Assembly (NCBI RefSeq): GCF_033153115.1
Contig: NW_026889805.1
Coordinates: forward strand, 16,244,001 to 16,308,000
DNA length: 64,000 bases
Direction: 5' to 3'
Source: Saccostrea echinata
Lineage: Eukaryota
Positions 52,936 to 64,000 of this stretch are shown piece by piece (position 1 is the stretch's first letter; every line of letters begins with the position of its first letter). The notes beneath the pieces were generated by a model, which was not told the origin of the DNA, did no database searches, and was given only the letters and a program-made list of their open reading frames with translations. The position numbers and the translations under genes were made by a program.

Positions 52936-53991
52936 AACAAGATGTGTGTGAGAAACACTGATGTACCCGTATTACATCCCGTGGCGAGGGTTAAAATTTC
53001 TCAAATGCAAAAAAACAAAAACAAAAAAAAACTCCAAGGTCAAGAGATAAATGTTGGTACCCAAAGATTGGTTTTGTCACAAGGAATACACCTGTGAAAG
53101 CCCTAGCACCAATCATTCAGAGGTTATGGCCAAGGTTATTTTTTTTAAAATATAGGTCAAACTCTAAGGTCACGGCCAAAATTAATGGTGCAGGCAGAAG
53201 GTCTTATCACAAGGAACATACTCGTGAAATATGAAAGCCTTAGCACTAATAATTCAAAAGTTATCGCCAAGGTTAAAGTTTTTCAAAAAACGTCCAAGGC
53301 CATGGTCAAATTTAATGGTCTTGTCACAAGAAATATACATTTGAAATACAAAGCCTTAGCACCAACAATTCAAAAGTTATGGTCAAGATTAAAGTTTTTC
53401 AAAAGGGTCAAGGAAAAAATGCCAGAACCATTGGTACCTTGGGGAAGGACTTAACACGAGAAATACACGTGAAATATGAAAGACCTAGCGCTTATGCTTA
53501 TGTTTTCTTCAAGTAGTTCAAACTCCAAGGTCTAGGCCAAAAGGTCAAAACTGGTACCCAAAGGAAATTCTTGTCACAAGGAATACACATGTAAATGCAC
53601 CAACTGTTCAAATGTTATGGCCAAGGTTGAAGTTTTTCAAAAAATAGGTCAAACTCCAAGATCAAGGTAAATAAACTGTTGTATTCAAAGAAAGGAATAC
53701 ACATGTAAAGAATGAAAGCCCTAGCAATAACCGTTCTAAAGTTATGGCCAAGGTTAAAGTTTGGTAAAATTTTGTAAAAGTGGGTCAAGCTCCAGGGTCA
53801 AAAGGTTATATATGTTGGTACCCAAAGAAAGGTCTTCTCACAACATATACACATGTGAAATATGAAAGCCATAGCTCCATCAATCAAACGTTATGGGCAA
53901 TGTTAAAGTTTTTGCGAAAAAGCAGACAGAAAAGACGGACGGGCAGGGCAAAAATATATATGCCCCGAATCTTCGATTACGGGGGCATAAA
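52936..53991 (-). mobile_element. Same Helentron/HINE family, longest copy (about 7 units)
   Basis: aacaagatgtgtgtgagaaacactgatg ... tgccccgaatcttcgattacgggggcataaa. Confidence 0.82.
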
Positions 53992-55148
53992 AAGTACTCA
54001 ACGCATATTGGAGGAAGTTATGCGCCGATCTTACCACTTTGTTACGCATTCACAAAACTACATCAGAGCTAGGGGACCTGGAGACAAACGTAAATATTGC
54101 TAGATTTGATCTAGGCTTATACAATTAGGATCGCTTTGTTTTGAATAGTTTTCATAGTTTATCTTACTGAGTAATTGATGATTTTTATTGTTGTGTGGAG
54201 TGGGTATACAGATTTTGGGGACTTGGTTATAATTACCTTATAAAATTCAAAGTTAACCAATGCTAGTCACCTGTACAAGATTAAACAAGATGCCGCTCAG
54301 ACAACAAAAGCTTGGAAATATTTCAAATGATTACAAATCCAGATCATCCGCTGCAATTATTGAAGGCAAATCCAATAATTTAAAATATTCTCGCATTTCC
54401 AATCTAGCAAGGTCTTGTTTATTTGTAATCGTAAAAGTAACGAACATGCAGTATATTATTTATCAAATGCAAAAAAAAAAAACAAAAACAAAAAAAAAAC
54501 TCCAAGGTCAAGAGATAAATGTTGTATACATGCAGTATATTATTTAAAAAAAAAATACTGGTAAATAAGGGGTAAGACTAAAATTAAAATTGTAATGACG
54601 TTACAAGAAATACACAGGTACTATGCAGTATATATAACCAGCAAATATATTTTAAAAGATTTAATGAAAAATTATTTGAGTAACTGGGTACTTTATCGAA
54701 AAAGTAAGCGAGAAATAGGTTACTAAAAATTTTCTGATTCGACAACACTTAAGTGTCAATTATGCTTGAACATGTAGACAATAACCCATAAATACTGATT
54801 TCTAGTTCGATAAAATTAATCCGTGCTGTTCACATCTTTGAAACTAGAATTAAAGTAAAAATTACACCGTTTCTCAAAAATGACTGCGCCCTCTCTGAAA
54901 TATTAGTAATCCCAAGAGAAGCTTGTATTCTAGACTAAGTGCTATAATTAGTGTTACGATCAATTCACATGATAATCTAATAAGTTAAGGCTTTGAGCTG
55001 GATTTAAATTCAATTTGATTGTATTACACTTGTTACATTCACTTGTAGCCTGTTTCATTGTTTTCACAGAGTGTGAAGGTCGGGTTCCATTTCACCGATA
55101 ACTTGAATCAAGCTGTAGTACAAAGATTGGTACAGGAACATCCAAAGG

Positions 55149-55191
55149 ATGATAATCAGGAATATAGTTTCTCTTACGATATTTTTATCCT
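55149..55191 (+). CDS. Cys-loop ligand-gated ion channel (nAChR-like) subunit, signal-peptide exon (MIIRNIVSLTIFLS + phase 1)
   Basis: ATG 55149, 43 nt ending CCT|gtaagt (phase 1); joins in frame to 59405 giving hydrophobic leader MIIRNIVSLTIFLSLLPFEEA; acceptor ttttcacag at 55069 suggests the exon starts at 55070 with 5'UTR. Confidence 0.65.
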
Positions 55192-56997
55192 GTAAGTATC
55201 ACTGAAATTTAAAAAACTACATGGTTTGCAGGGATAATTATCCAAATCTTTTTTTCATTAATTATCTTGAAAACCCGGAAATTCACAGATTTTTTGCAAA
55301 ATTATTGAAATTAGGATGTGGAAATCTAAAACTTGCAAGTTAAGCATTATTTTTTTAGTGATGTGTCTTCTAAACTACTTTCAACAGTTTTTTTTTTAAT
55401 ATACAATTAGTTAGCATCAAAACAATCTCCATATAAAAATCAGTGCAATGAAATTAATTAAATATGAGTATCGGGTATTGTTTTTAACATACTTTAGATA
55501 TGGAAGATTCACCATAAAATATTGCACAATGAGTTTGCTTTTGTTTTTAAGTTATTTATATTCTTTAAAAACAACTTACGATGACCACAAAACATCAAGA
55601 AGTTTGTTTACATGTATATATGAATCATATGTTCAGGCCTATCAGACCAACGGATTAATCATGATCCACATAATATTTATTAATGTACTACTATAACAGT
55701 TAATTATGATATGTCGACCTGATGAATATTATCTCAAAAATATTTAATGTTGAAAATCTGAGCGTTGGGTCTCTCTCACTCTCTATATATATATGTCGTT
55801 CAACTTGATCATTAGAAAAAAAAAAGTTTTAAGTAGTAAAATCTCCTTGAATACTTGAGAAAATAATCCGATCTGGCGCGAAACAAACTGCATATATGTT
55901 AAGAAGGGACTTATTTAATATTCATCCAAAGCTCTCATTACAAAAAAAGTTTATTTTGTATTTGAAAAATACTTGGGTATTTTGCCAAGGGAATTTTGAA
56001 AAAAAAAATAGCTGTAAAATTTCACATAATTCACCTTTACGTAGATGGTAGGATACTCCATGTAATGAAAGATGCAGAATTTTTGCAATACTAGACAGAT
56101 GTATTTATTTCATTTTGGAATGAAAAGCTTTTTCACGTATAAGAAAACATTACTTACAGATTTTAGATTGTCATAAACTAAACATTTTTTTTTAAATTTT
56201 GTGAATGAATGTCAGCCTTTAAATTGAAAACACTGAAAAAAAAACTTTATTTATACTCAAAATTTATGAATGAGTATTCTCATTATTATCCACCCCATCT
56301 ACATGTACATATTTTTCGTTTCATATATCAGGTACATGTACGTGTAAATCATATACGGTACCAATTTTGATGCATGTACATGTGATATATGTTCAACACT
56401 GTAAATTACTACTATAATTTTGTGTACTTCAAATACCATTATATTTAGGTGTTAGAGAATAAAATTAACTTGAACATAAGGGAAAAGTTGTACTTGTCTG
56501 CCTAAATATTATCCAATTTAGCAAGTTTTTAAATTACTGAGTAGTCTTTTGCATTACATATTCAATTTAAGTGTCTTTTTATTATCATTGAACAGGTAAG
56601 TTCAAATGAATGTATGAGTAATATGAACGAAAAATGTTTGCTGAAATAGAAATAATTGATTACATAAAATCGATACCTTACACTGTCTAAGTAATCAGTT
56701 ACATGTACATGTATTGACCGAAAACTGTTTATGTCAGAATTTTGCCGGCTCGATGCTTGCAAGCGCTAAAGAGCGTCTGATATGGGTTCATCTTAAAGCA
56801 TTTCTCCCAAGTCGAGCACTCCCAATATTAGCATACTGGACAGCTACAAGTAAACTCAAATTGTATATGTTTATCGTTCTGTTTCGATGTCTTTACATGG
56901 CACTGTCCATTTAGTTAGTTACTGTGCATGTATGACTATAGATGCGATACCGGTCTTGTAGAGGAGGCTTTCCCCTCTAAAATCCTCCCGAAAAGAT

Positions 56998-57085
56998 GAC
57001 TCTAGAGTAGGATTTCCCCCGGAAAACAGGCTCTAGAGTAGGATTCCCCCCACGGAAAAATGATTCTAGAGTAGGATTTCCCCTA
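56998..57085. repeat. Three tandem units of about 32 bp (tctagagtaggattt/ccccc), probably inside a degenerate TE
   Basis: ctagagtaggatt occurs three times; inverted partner ggggaaaccctactct near 57116. Confidence 0.6.
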
Positions 57086-59142
57086 AGAAAATCCCACACC
57101 AGATTAAATTTTTCGGGGGAAACCCTACTCTGTGTAAAAGTTGTATAGAGTGCTATTTACCCCAGAGCTAAGTTTCCCCCAATAAAATATCATGGCTGTA
57201 CATACATTTATGTATGAGGGGGACACATTGATTCAAGTGTCCATTCTTCAGACTAGCGAATAGTTCCATAGAAACATACAAAGTATGAACATTTAAAATT
57301 TCATTTTTTTTGAGTAACTGTCAAACCAATTCTTTTGAAGCATTAAAACCTTAATCTTTTCATCTGGTCAAACTGGTTTCTGAAAAAAAGAATTGGTACA
57401 AAATAATCGGGTGGACACAATTTTAACCGTATCCATGAATACAAAAAGGAATTTCATTTTAAATGGATTTCTTTCGCCAGTTGTATTTCAAACTACATGT
57501 TAATGTACATAAATGTCTCTCAAAACTTCCGGTGTTTAAATGTAGCTTGAAACTAAAAATGGGTCATTTATTTCCAAAAATGTGAAATTTAGCAAAACTT
57601 TTAGAGAGTATTTTCTCACTGCTTTCAAATCCAATTTTCAATCGCTGGGGTCGAGGGGACACACTTATGCTTTGGCTTGCAAAAGCAGTGTTTTTTGTAT
57701 TGTTGTGTTTATGGTTTTTGCTGAAGAACTAATCGATTCAAATACTCACAAAATGGCATTTGGAACCCATCAATAACATAGATTTTAGAATTTTCTCAGA
57801 TCCTCTTTGTAAAAAGGATCGATACATAGATGAAATACTGGGCCTTTAGAGGGCAAGCAAATAATCAAATCACTAAAAAGGGGCATGGTATGATTTTAAA
57901 ATTCGTGAGCAACACGCACGCAAAGAGAGAGTGTTGAGACATCATCGAGTCTTACGATTTTTTAAGTGAGTGACTTATTTTTCAATTTCCATTTTTTTTT
58001 TTTTTTACAAATTCGACAATTGTTGAGTCGAAAACATTCATATTTCCATTGAAAAATCAGTTGACAATCCTTAATACGAAAAAAACTATAAATTAGGAGG
58101 GTATGCATCCTCAGTAAGTTTGATTCCAAAGGTTCAAATATATTCTCATAGTGTGTTACCCAGTCTTCGTTTCCTCCTTTCGGGGGTGCGGGATGAGACC
58201 ACGAAATGGTCATATTACCACACACTTAAAAATATTACATAATTATGTGGGCTTCAAAGAGTTTTTGATGATCGATTTCTTTCTGGACATTGTCATGTGC
58301 ACTTCTATTTGCAATGCCTGTTATACTAGCCTGACAATAACCAGTGCTTGTGATACTTAAGTTTTTGCAGCATTGACCTCTTATTTTAATTTTAAAATGC
58401 ATTAAAAAAATGTATCTAAATACATGTATAAGAATTACGAACAGGAATCAAGCTGAAAAGTCAATTGGAACAATGGAAATTGAGAGCAGAGCAAACACGA
58501 ATCTCTGAAAACATCAGAGGTGGGATCAGGTGCCCTGGAGGAGTAACCATCATCAACTACTAAATCATATACATGTCCAAAACGATTTTCACTGTTTATT
58601 TTTAATTAAAAATGTGAATTTGAAACATTTATCTCTCTCTCTCCACTTTTCTCCTCTTCTTTCGGGAACAAACATTTCTGAAATATATCTAGCATCCTTA
58701 AGAGAAGGGGAATCAAATTTTTTGAATGAAAAGCCTTATTGATGTATATTTTTGTGACAATTTAAAAGAAAAATCAGCGAAAAGTGGGAACAATGTTGTC
58801 CATATGTAGTTAAATTCTTCTCAAGAATTTACCCTGTTTGTAAATAAGGTCATTTTAACAACCATGGAATTTGCGAAGTACTGATTTTAACGAGATAACG
58901 GTAATTGAAAAAAAAAAATCACATCAACTTCTTTGTAAGTAGCCCAAAAATTCATAATCAAATAATAATAATAAGCCTTTATTTATCCAGGATGACATAG
59001 TTTAGCAACAATGCTAGTTTTCAATATGGTCCTTCAATATAACATACATATATACAGGTATTAGTAAAACATAGTTTAAAAGAAATAGAGTACATATAAG
59101 ATAAATAATAAATGTGAAATATTAAATAAATAAGTTCCAAAC

Positions 59143-59236
59143 ATCGTACACGGAACATGCTCTTGTGTATCTAATCAGTTGGGAGACATACACACCATAT
59201 GCAGGTGATTGTGGAATATTACTACATACATAGGGA
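59143..59236 (-). mobile_element. Penelope-like retroelement RT fragment
   Basis: SNIPQSPAYGVYVSQLIRYTRACS matches the recalled PLE motif SNIPxxPAYGVYxSQLIRYxRAC. Confidence 0.75.
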
Positions 59237-59404
59237 ATCTTCAGGAATTGTGAATTTTGGTTTTTATACATTGTACCATAACCCTCGGGGCTAGCTGGGG
59301 TCACAATGATGAATGGAAATTAATTATGGGAATAGAAAGAAAAATCTTTTTTATAATTTTATGAAAAACAGCAGGACTATAGTGATTGATCTCTTGTTTT
59401 ACAG

Positions 59405-59556
59405 TGCTTCCCTTTGAAGAAGCAGCTTTTTCGTATTCTCTTGAGAACGACCTTAGGACTCTTCTGTTCACAACTAATAGTTACAACAAATTTACACGAC
59501 CACTCGAACAAGTTACTATCTCGGCCGAACTCAACCTGCTGTCGCTTGCATCACTG
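59405..59556 (+). CDS. Cys-loop ligand-gated ion channel (nAChR-like) subunit, exon 2 (start of extracellular domain)
   Basis: ttgttttacag acceptor, CTG|gtaagt donor; encodes LPFEEAAFSYSLENDLRTLLFTTNSYNKFTRPLEQVTISAELNLLSLASL, with the ExxLxxxLFxxxxYNKxxRP helix/loop and beta-1 pattern of Cys-loop receptors; phase-0 end just before the usual conserved Asp; no downstream exon found in the window. Confidence 0.85.
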
Positions 59557-59565
59557 GTAAGTCAA

Positions 59566-59662
59566 TCTTGAAGCCCTTCACCTGTATAAGGTGACCTCTC
59601 TCTATACATGTAAGTGAAAAATTCTCGAGCGGGACGTAAAACAACATACAATTTATCAATCC
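59566..59662 (+). mobile_element. SINE 3' fragment immediately after the nAChR exon-2 donor
   Basis: tgaagcccttcacc..gtgaaaaattctcgagcgggacgtaaaacaac. Confidence 0.7.
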
Positions 59663-60054
59663 AATATGTCACATAACACGGAGGGATCTGTATGAATTGT
59701 CCCGTCTGTTTCATATAGATACATAACCTAGTTAAAAAAAGATGGACAAGTTGTGATAACAATGCACCACCAGTGGCTTCCATAGAAAAAGAATAAAAAT
59801 AGTAACAAATTTTAATTCACAACTTGTTGGGTGGATTCACTTACTTTTCTACAAATAGATTAGACTCTGTACACTGTATTGCCTACATCTGTAAATCCAT
59901 TTTCTTTCTTTTTATAGGTGCTTAGTTTCAACTCATTTGTAGGCCTAATATCATTATTAGAATTGGATTTAGTATAAACTTTCTACTCTCAAAAACAACA
60001 AGGCATGTTTTCTCAGGCAATCCACATACTTTTGTATACACACTTTTATCTTTT

Positions 60055-60133
60055 ATTATGCCCCCGTATCGAAGATTCGTGGGTATATATATAGTTTTTG
60101 CCCTGTCCGTCCGTCTGTCTGTCTGTTTGTCCG
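60055..60133 (+). mobile_element. Terminal fragment of the same Helentron/HINE family
   Basis: atgcccccgtatcgaagattcgtgggtat hairpin followed by (GTCC)(GTCT)n only. Confidence 0.7.
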
Positions 60134-61076
60134 ACATACATACAAATGTTTTGATGTCTAATACTTGTATCTTTAGGAGTGTATTGAAGTGCAGGGATGC
60201 ATGTACCTGATAATGCAGTGTCTGTGTAAAAGTGCTTTTTGTCTTCTTGGCTAAAGTCCTTGTCAAAGCTTGAATTTTGTGAAATTTGTAGAAAATTGTA
60301 TTTAAGTTTAAATATTTTAAAAAGTTAACTTTTTATGCATTTTTTTCCCAAATGCATGATTTATACTGAAAATGGCTTTTTTTTCTTCAAAAAAGGGATC
60401 CTAGTGCAAAAAGATCAAATTTCTGTTCAGATTTTAAAACAGGCATAACTTTTAAGCAAATATGATGACATATTTCTTCTTAATGAAAATAAAGATATCA
60501 GATATCCTATCAAATATATTGCTGATTTGAATTTTTTCTCAGAAAAATATAAAGATAATTGAATGATTGAAATTAAACATAACATGTATGGAACATTGAC
60601 ATTCAGGGATATACAGCTATGGTGTATTGCATCATTAGTATAGTGTATACAACTTAACATTTTTCAATTTTTCATCGGAAAAAAATATTTATTTATACTT
60701 AAGTATCAGTAAGTCTAATAAACCATAATTGTTTATTTATCTTTGTTTTGTCTGACAGGTTTTATTTATAGCCTAGTTTATTTCAATATCCATTCTAATC
60801 TGCATCAACTATTTGCAATGTGCCCGCGGCTCCTACGATCGTTAGATTTATCTCCTCCAAACTCTTCACTACTTCCGTTCAGTTTCTGATTGGGCACCGC
60901 CATTTTTGGAATCCAAGCACAGCCTTTGTGCACATAAATTTTGTTCAAATACCGTCTCTGACTGGTCAAACGCAGATGCCTATCATGCCAGTCGTACCTC
61001 TAAGTGGACAGGGAAATTTTATGAATTCGTCTGAGCAAACATTTAATGCATTTATTGACAATAGAATCAGGCTCAT

Positions 61077-61314
61077 CAGGCGCGGATCCAGGAATTGAAG
61101 TTAGAGGGGGCGCAAAAAGTAGGCAGGGGGTCTGGGAGCCGCCTTGAGGCGAAGCCCCCGGAAGCTTCAGGATTCTAGAGATTTTGTAGAGTAAAAATGA
61201 GGTCTACCAAGTAGACATTTTACATTTTCTCGACAAAACTATAATTTGCGCTAACTCTGACAATTTTAGGGGGGGGGGGGGGGCGCCGGGTGCGCCCCCT
61301 TAAATCCGCCACTA
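61077..61314. mobile_element. GC-rich MITE with 5-bp TSD
   Basis: caggcgcggatcc / aaatccgccacta ends; ctcat duplicated at 61072-61076 and 61315-61319. Confidence 0.75.
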
Positions 61315-64000
61315 CTCATTACTCAACAGTATATTTCAACCTAAGTTGTCTCGTCAGGCCCTAAAACCAAGTAACATACATTTTAAAAGATTTAAAAGAG
61401 CAACGAGGTCAGTCAGCCCTTATGTCCTAGACCTGGCAGATCCCAGAGAAGATGAGTTTGTTGAGGATGATGATGATCAGTCTTTAGAAGATTTCAGATC
61501 ACACGGTAATGAGAAATGTGATGACACAGAATCTACAGTTGCTTCTAATGAGAGCACAGGCATTTGAAAGAACTTCGTAACTAAGTTAATCTTAGAATTA
61601 AAAGTTCTCTTGGAGGCTGATAAACCAGAACAAGAGTATGCTTCTTATGTATCAGAGTATTGTCCTTTCTGACATATTTTATTTCTTAAATAAAATCTGC
61701 AACATGATATCTATGAAATTTATAATATGTCTTTAATAATTTTTTTTAATGATTTTTGTTGCATCTCAAACATTGTTCAGCTTTATATCGATATAGAGTG
61801 AGTATTTTGAGAATTGTTTGATCACTCTATTGGTCACCAGGTTAGGTAGATTAGGGTCAGTGTAATTTGTAAATGCCATTGAGGATAATCTGTTTATCTA
61901 TATTTATCTGTACTTATTGTAACTGGTGACTATTTCCTTGTAACGAGCTGATAGGAGACGTCAATAAAACAAGTTCATTTTATTTACGCTTTCCCTGGTT
62001 ATATATATTTTACAGTCATCCCAAACCGTACTGGACAGGAGACTGGTTCAAAAGGGTCCCTCACTGCAAGCGAGTTCCCCAAGGTTCAATATAGACACGA
62101 CAGTATTTACAGTGTAAGAAAGAATACTCAAAGATTAGGCCTCCTTTGTAGGTATCAGCCATACAAGCCTTCATGAATGTTACAAGGAATGACAGGTGCG
62201 AGGCAATGTCCATGCTCTCTAAGCAAAGGATGATGAAAGATACGCAGTATCAGCAGATCATTTTACAAAGTTTTGTAAAGTACCATGAACACATCACAAG
62301 ATATACACTATCTGGGGTTCAACATAAGGAGGGGCCTTGTCCTTCCTTAGGAGGACAGGTACCAGAAAATAGGAGAGATTACTATAATACTAGACATGGA
62401 GAGTGTTTTCAGGCACCTGACGTTACCTATTTTTCTTTTAATAAAAATAAATATCCCCCCATAGTGGCCCCTACCTAATTATTCTCAAGGTTCACATCGC
62501 CGCCATCTTGATTTTTTCTAGGTTGGTCACATTAACTTGTATTTTGTCTGAAACTCCGTGAAATAAATTCCCTGCAACCGTATTCTTTCTGTGGTCAGTC
62601 TTTCGAGGTCTCAATTTACGTATACGGACAGTGTACTAGTAACCAAAAGAGCACATCTCACTTGCAATCATTAAAAAATTCTCGTCAAAATCGACTCGAG
62701 CTAATTGCAAATAGTTGAAGCAGGTTAGAATGGATATCTTATAAACAGGGGTTTTACTTTTAAAAACCCACAATATGAATTTTCAGAAGCTGATTTTGCT
62801 ACACCAGGGTCAGTCTGTACCTCAAACATAAATACATTATGTGTGCTTTAATGCGCTAGTTTGGAGTTTGAAAATTAACCCGAGTATGACACTTCGTAAA
62901 GTATTAAATATTTACGCAAACGTGTGAAAAAATGTGACAAAGGAATTATCTGAAAAATAGTGTGACGAGCTAGGTATTTCATTAAAAGTCATATTGATGA
63001 TTACTTTTAAGAGTGTATCATATGCAACACGCCATTTCTATTAAGCAGTTTTCTAATTGTAGAGCATTAAAGATCAGTCGATGTCGGTTTCCTGCTATTT
63101 TACATTAGTAAGTATAAAATTCAAATTACATATAAAAATGATATAAATCTAAAAGGGGAAATATTTTTTCCCTCAATAATAGTAGGACCATAATTAATCA
63201 TTTAAATAACTAAGCTTCAGTATGTTCCATGGATTCAATTTTGTACAAAACATGACGGGATTAGGTTTTCTTACAAGAAATAATGGACAAATCTTTTTTC
63301 TTTCTCTTTTCTAAGAAGTAGCAGGGCCACATAAAAGTTTATCAGATATATTATCCAGCTTTCCAACGTAGTATAGATTTAGGTTTGTTAGGAATATTTT
63401 CTTTAGAATTTGGATTGGGCCACAAAAAAGGGTCAGAGTTTTTCAAAGGATAGATTTATCCATTCATGAAAATGGACGTCATTTAACATATTTGTTACAA
63501 AATAAAATTTTACAGTTTTTCTCAATTCTTTTGTAATCATCTATCTGCCGGGTTTCTCCCACATAAATAAATTTTGAAATTGCGCATTTTAAAATCAAAA
63601 GTTTTGTACGGTATTGACTGAAATAAGAGAAATATAATCAAGCCAAAAAAAAAATTAAATAAAGTTGCATGTTTTCTGACCTACCCTGGATATATAATGT
63701 AGAAAAAACGTTAAAAAATCATATTAAACAAATCCAGAATCCATATCTTTATGTAGTGAATACTCAAACAACTTGTAGCCTTCGGGGATTGCATTTGAGC
63801 GAAAATAGGGGCCTACAGTTGGATGCAAAAATACATAAGAAAAAGTGTATAGATATGCAACATCTCTTGTCTAATGTAAATTCAAGTTTGTAAAGACTGG
63901 ATCATGATATATTATTATGAGTTGAAGTTTACACAGAATACCTAGAATGGATCTTTTTAGTTTTATGCACGAAGTTTTCCTTTTCAAAATGGTAAAATCA

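Noticed and set aside
52391-52958. Long repetitive ORFs (MLKYQHI)n / (LYADTLT)n, and 49816..50031
   Set aside because: Translations of the 21-bp minisatellite in the foldback TIRs; open only because the unit is a multiple of 3 and lacks stops.
55070-55191. Alternative fully open frame SVKVGFHFTDNLNQAVVQRLVQEH...
   Set aside because: Ends in phase 2, incompatible with the phase-1 start of 59405; the ATG-55149 frame gives a proper signal peptide.

Overview
AT-rich, repeat-dense eukaryotic DNA. The repeat families (Cg170-like satellite inside a Helentron-type element, Deu/Nin- and Meta-like tRNA SINEs) point to an oyster or other bivalve; this rests on recalled family sequences, not a search. 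There are no prokaryotic features, CRISPR arrays or intact RNA genes, and almost all ORF-track entries are spurious or translations of repeats. Two host genes are supported. (1) Minus strand: six short ATG-initiated exons spread over 4.7-48.2 kb, each ending exactly in phase 0 at a strong GT donor. Four are clearly paralogous (M[NT]xx[ST]...DL[EQ]). They look like a tandem cassette of alternative first coding exons for a gene whose shared body probably lies left of the window; the gene is unidentified. (2) Plus strand, head-to-head with it: the first two coding exons of a Cys-loop (nicotinic acetylcholine receptor-like) subunit, 55149-55191 and 59405-59556. The rest is transposon material: Helentron/HINE elements with satellite arrays, SINEs, a CR1-like LINE 3' end, Tc1 and Penelope remnants, a 2.4-kb element with 329-bp TIRs, a 3.1-kb minisatellite foldback element that splits a SINE, and palindromic elements with tandem G.A mismatches. 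TACATGTA is strongly over-represented, and three copies align as precise 6-bp insertions at TA.
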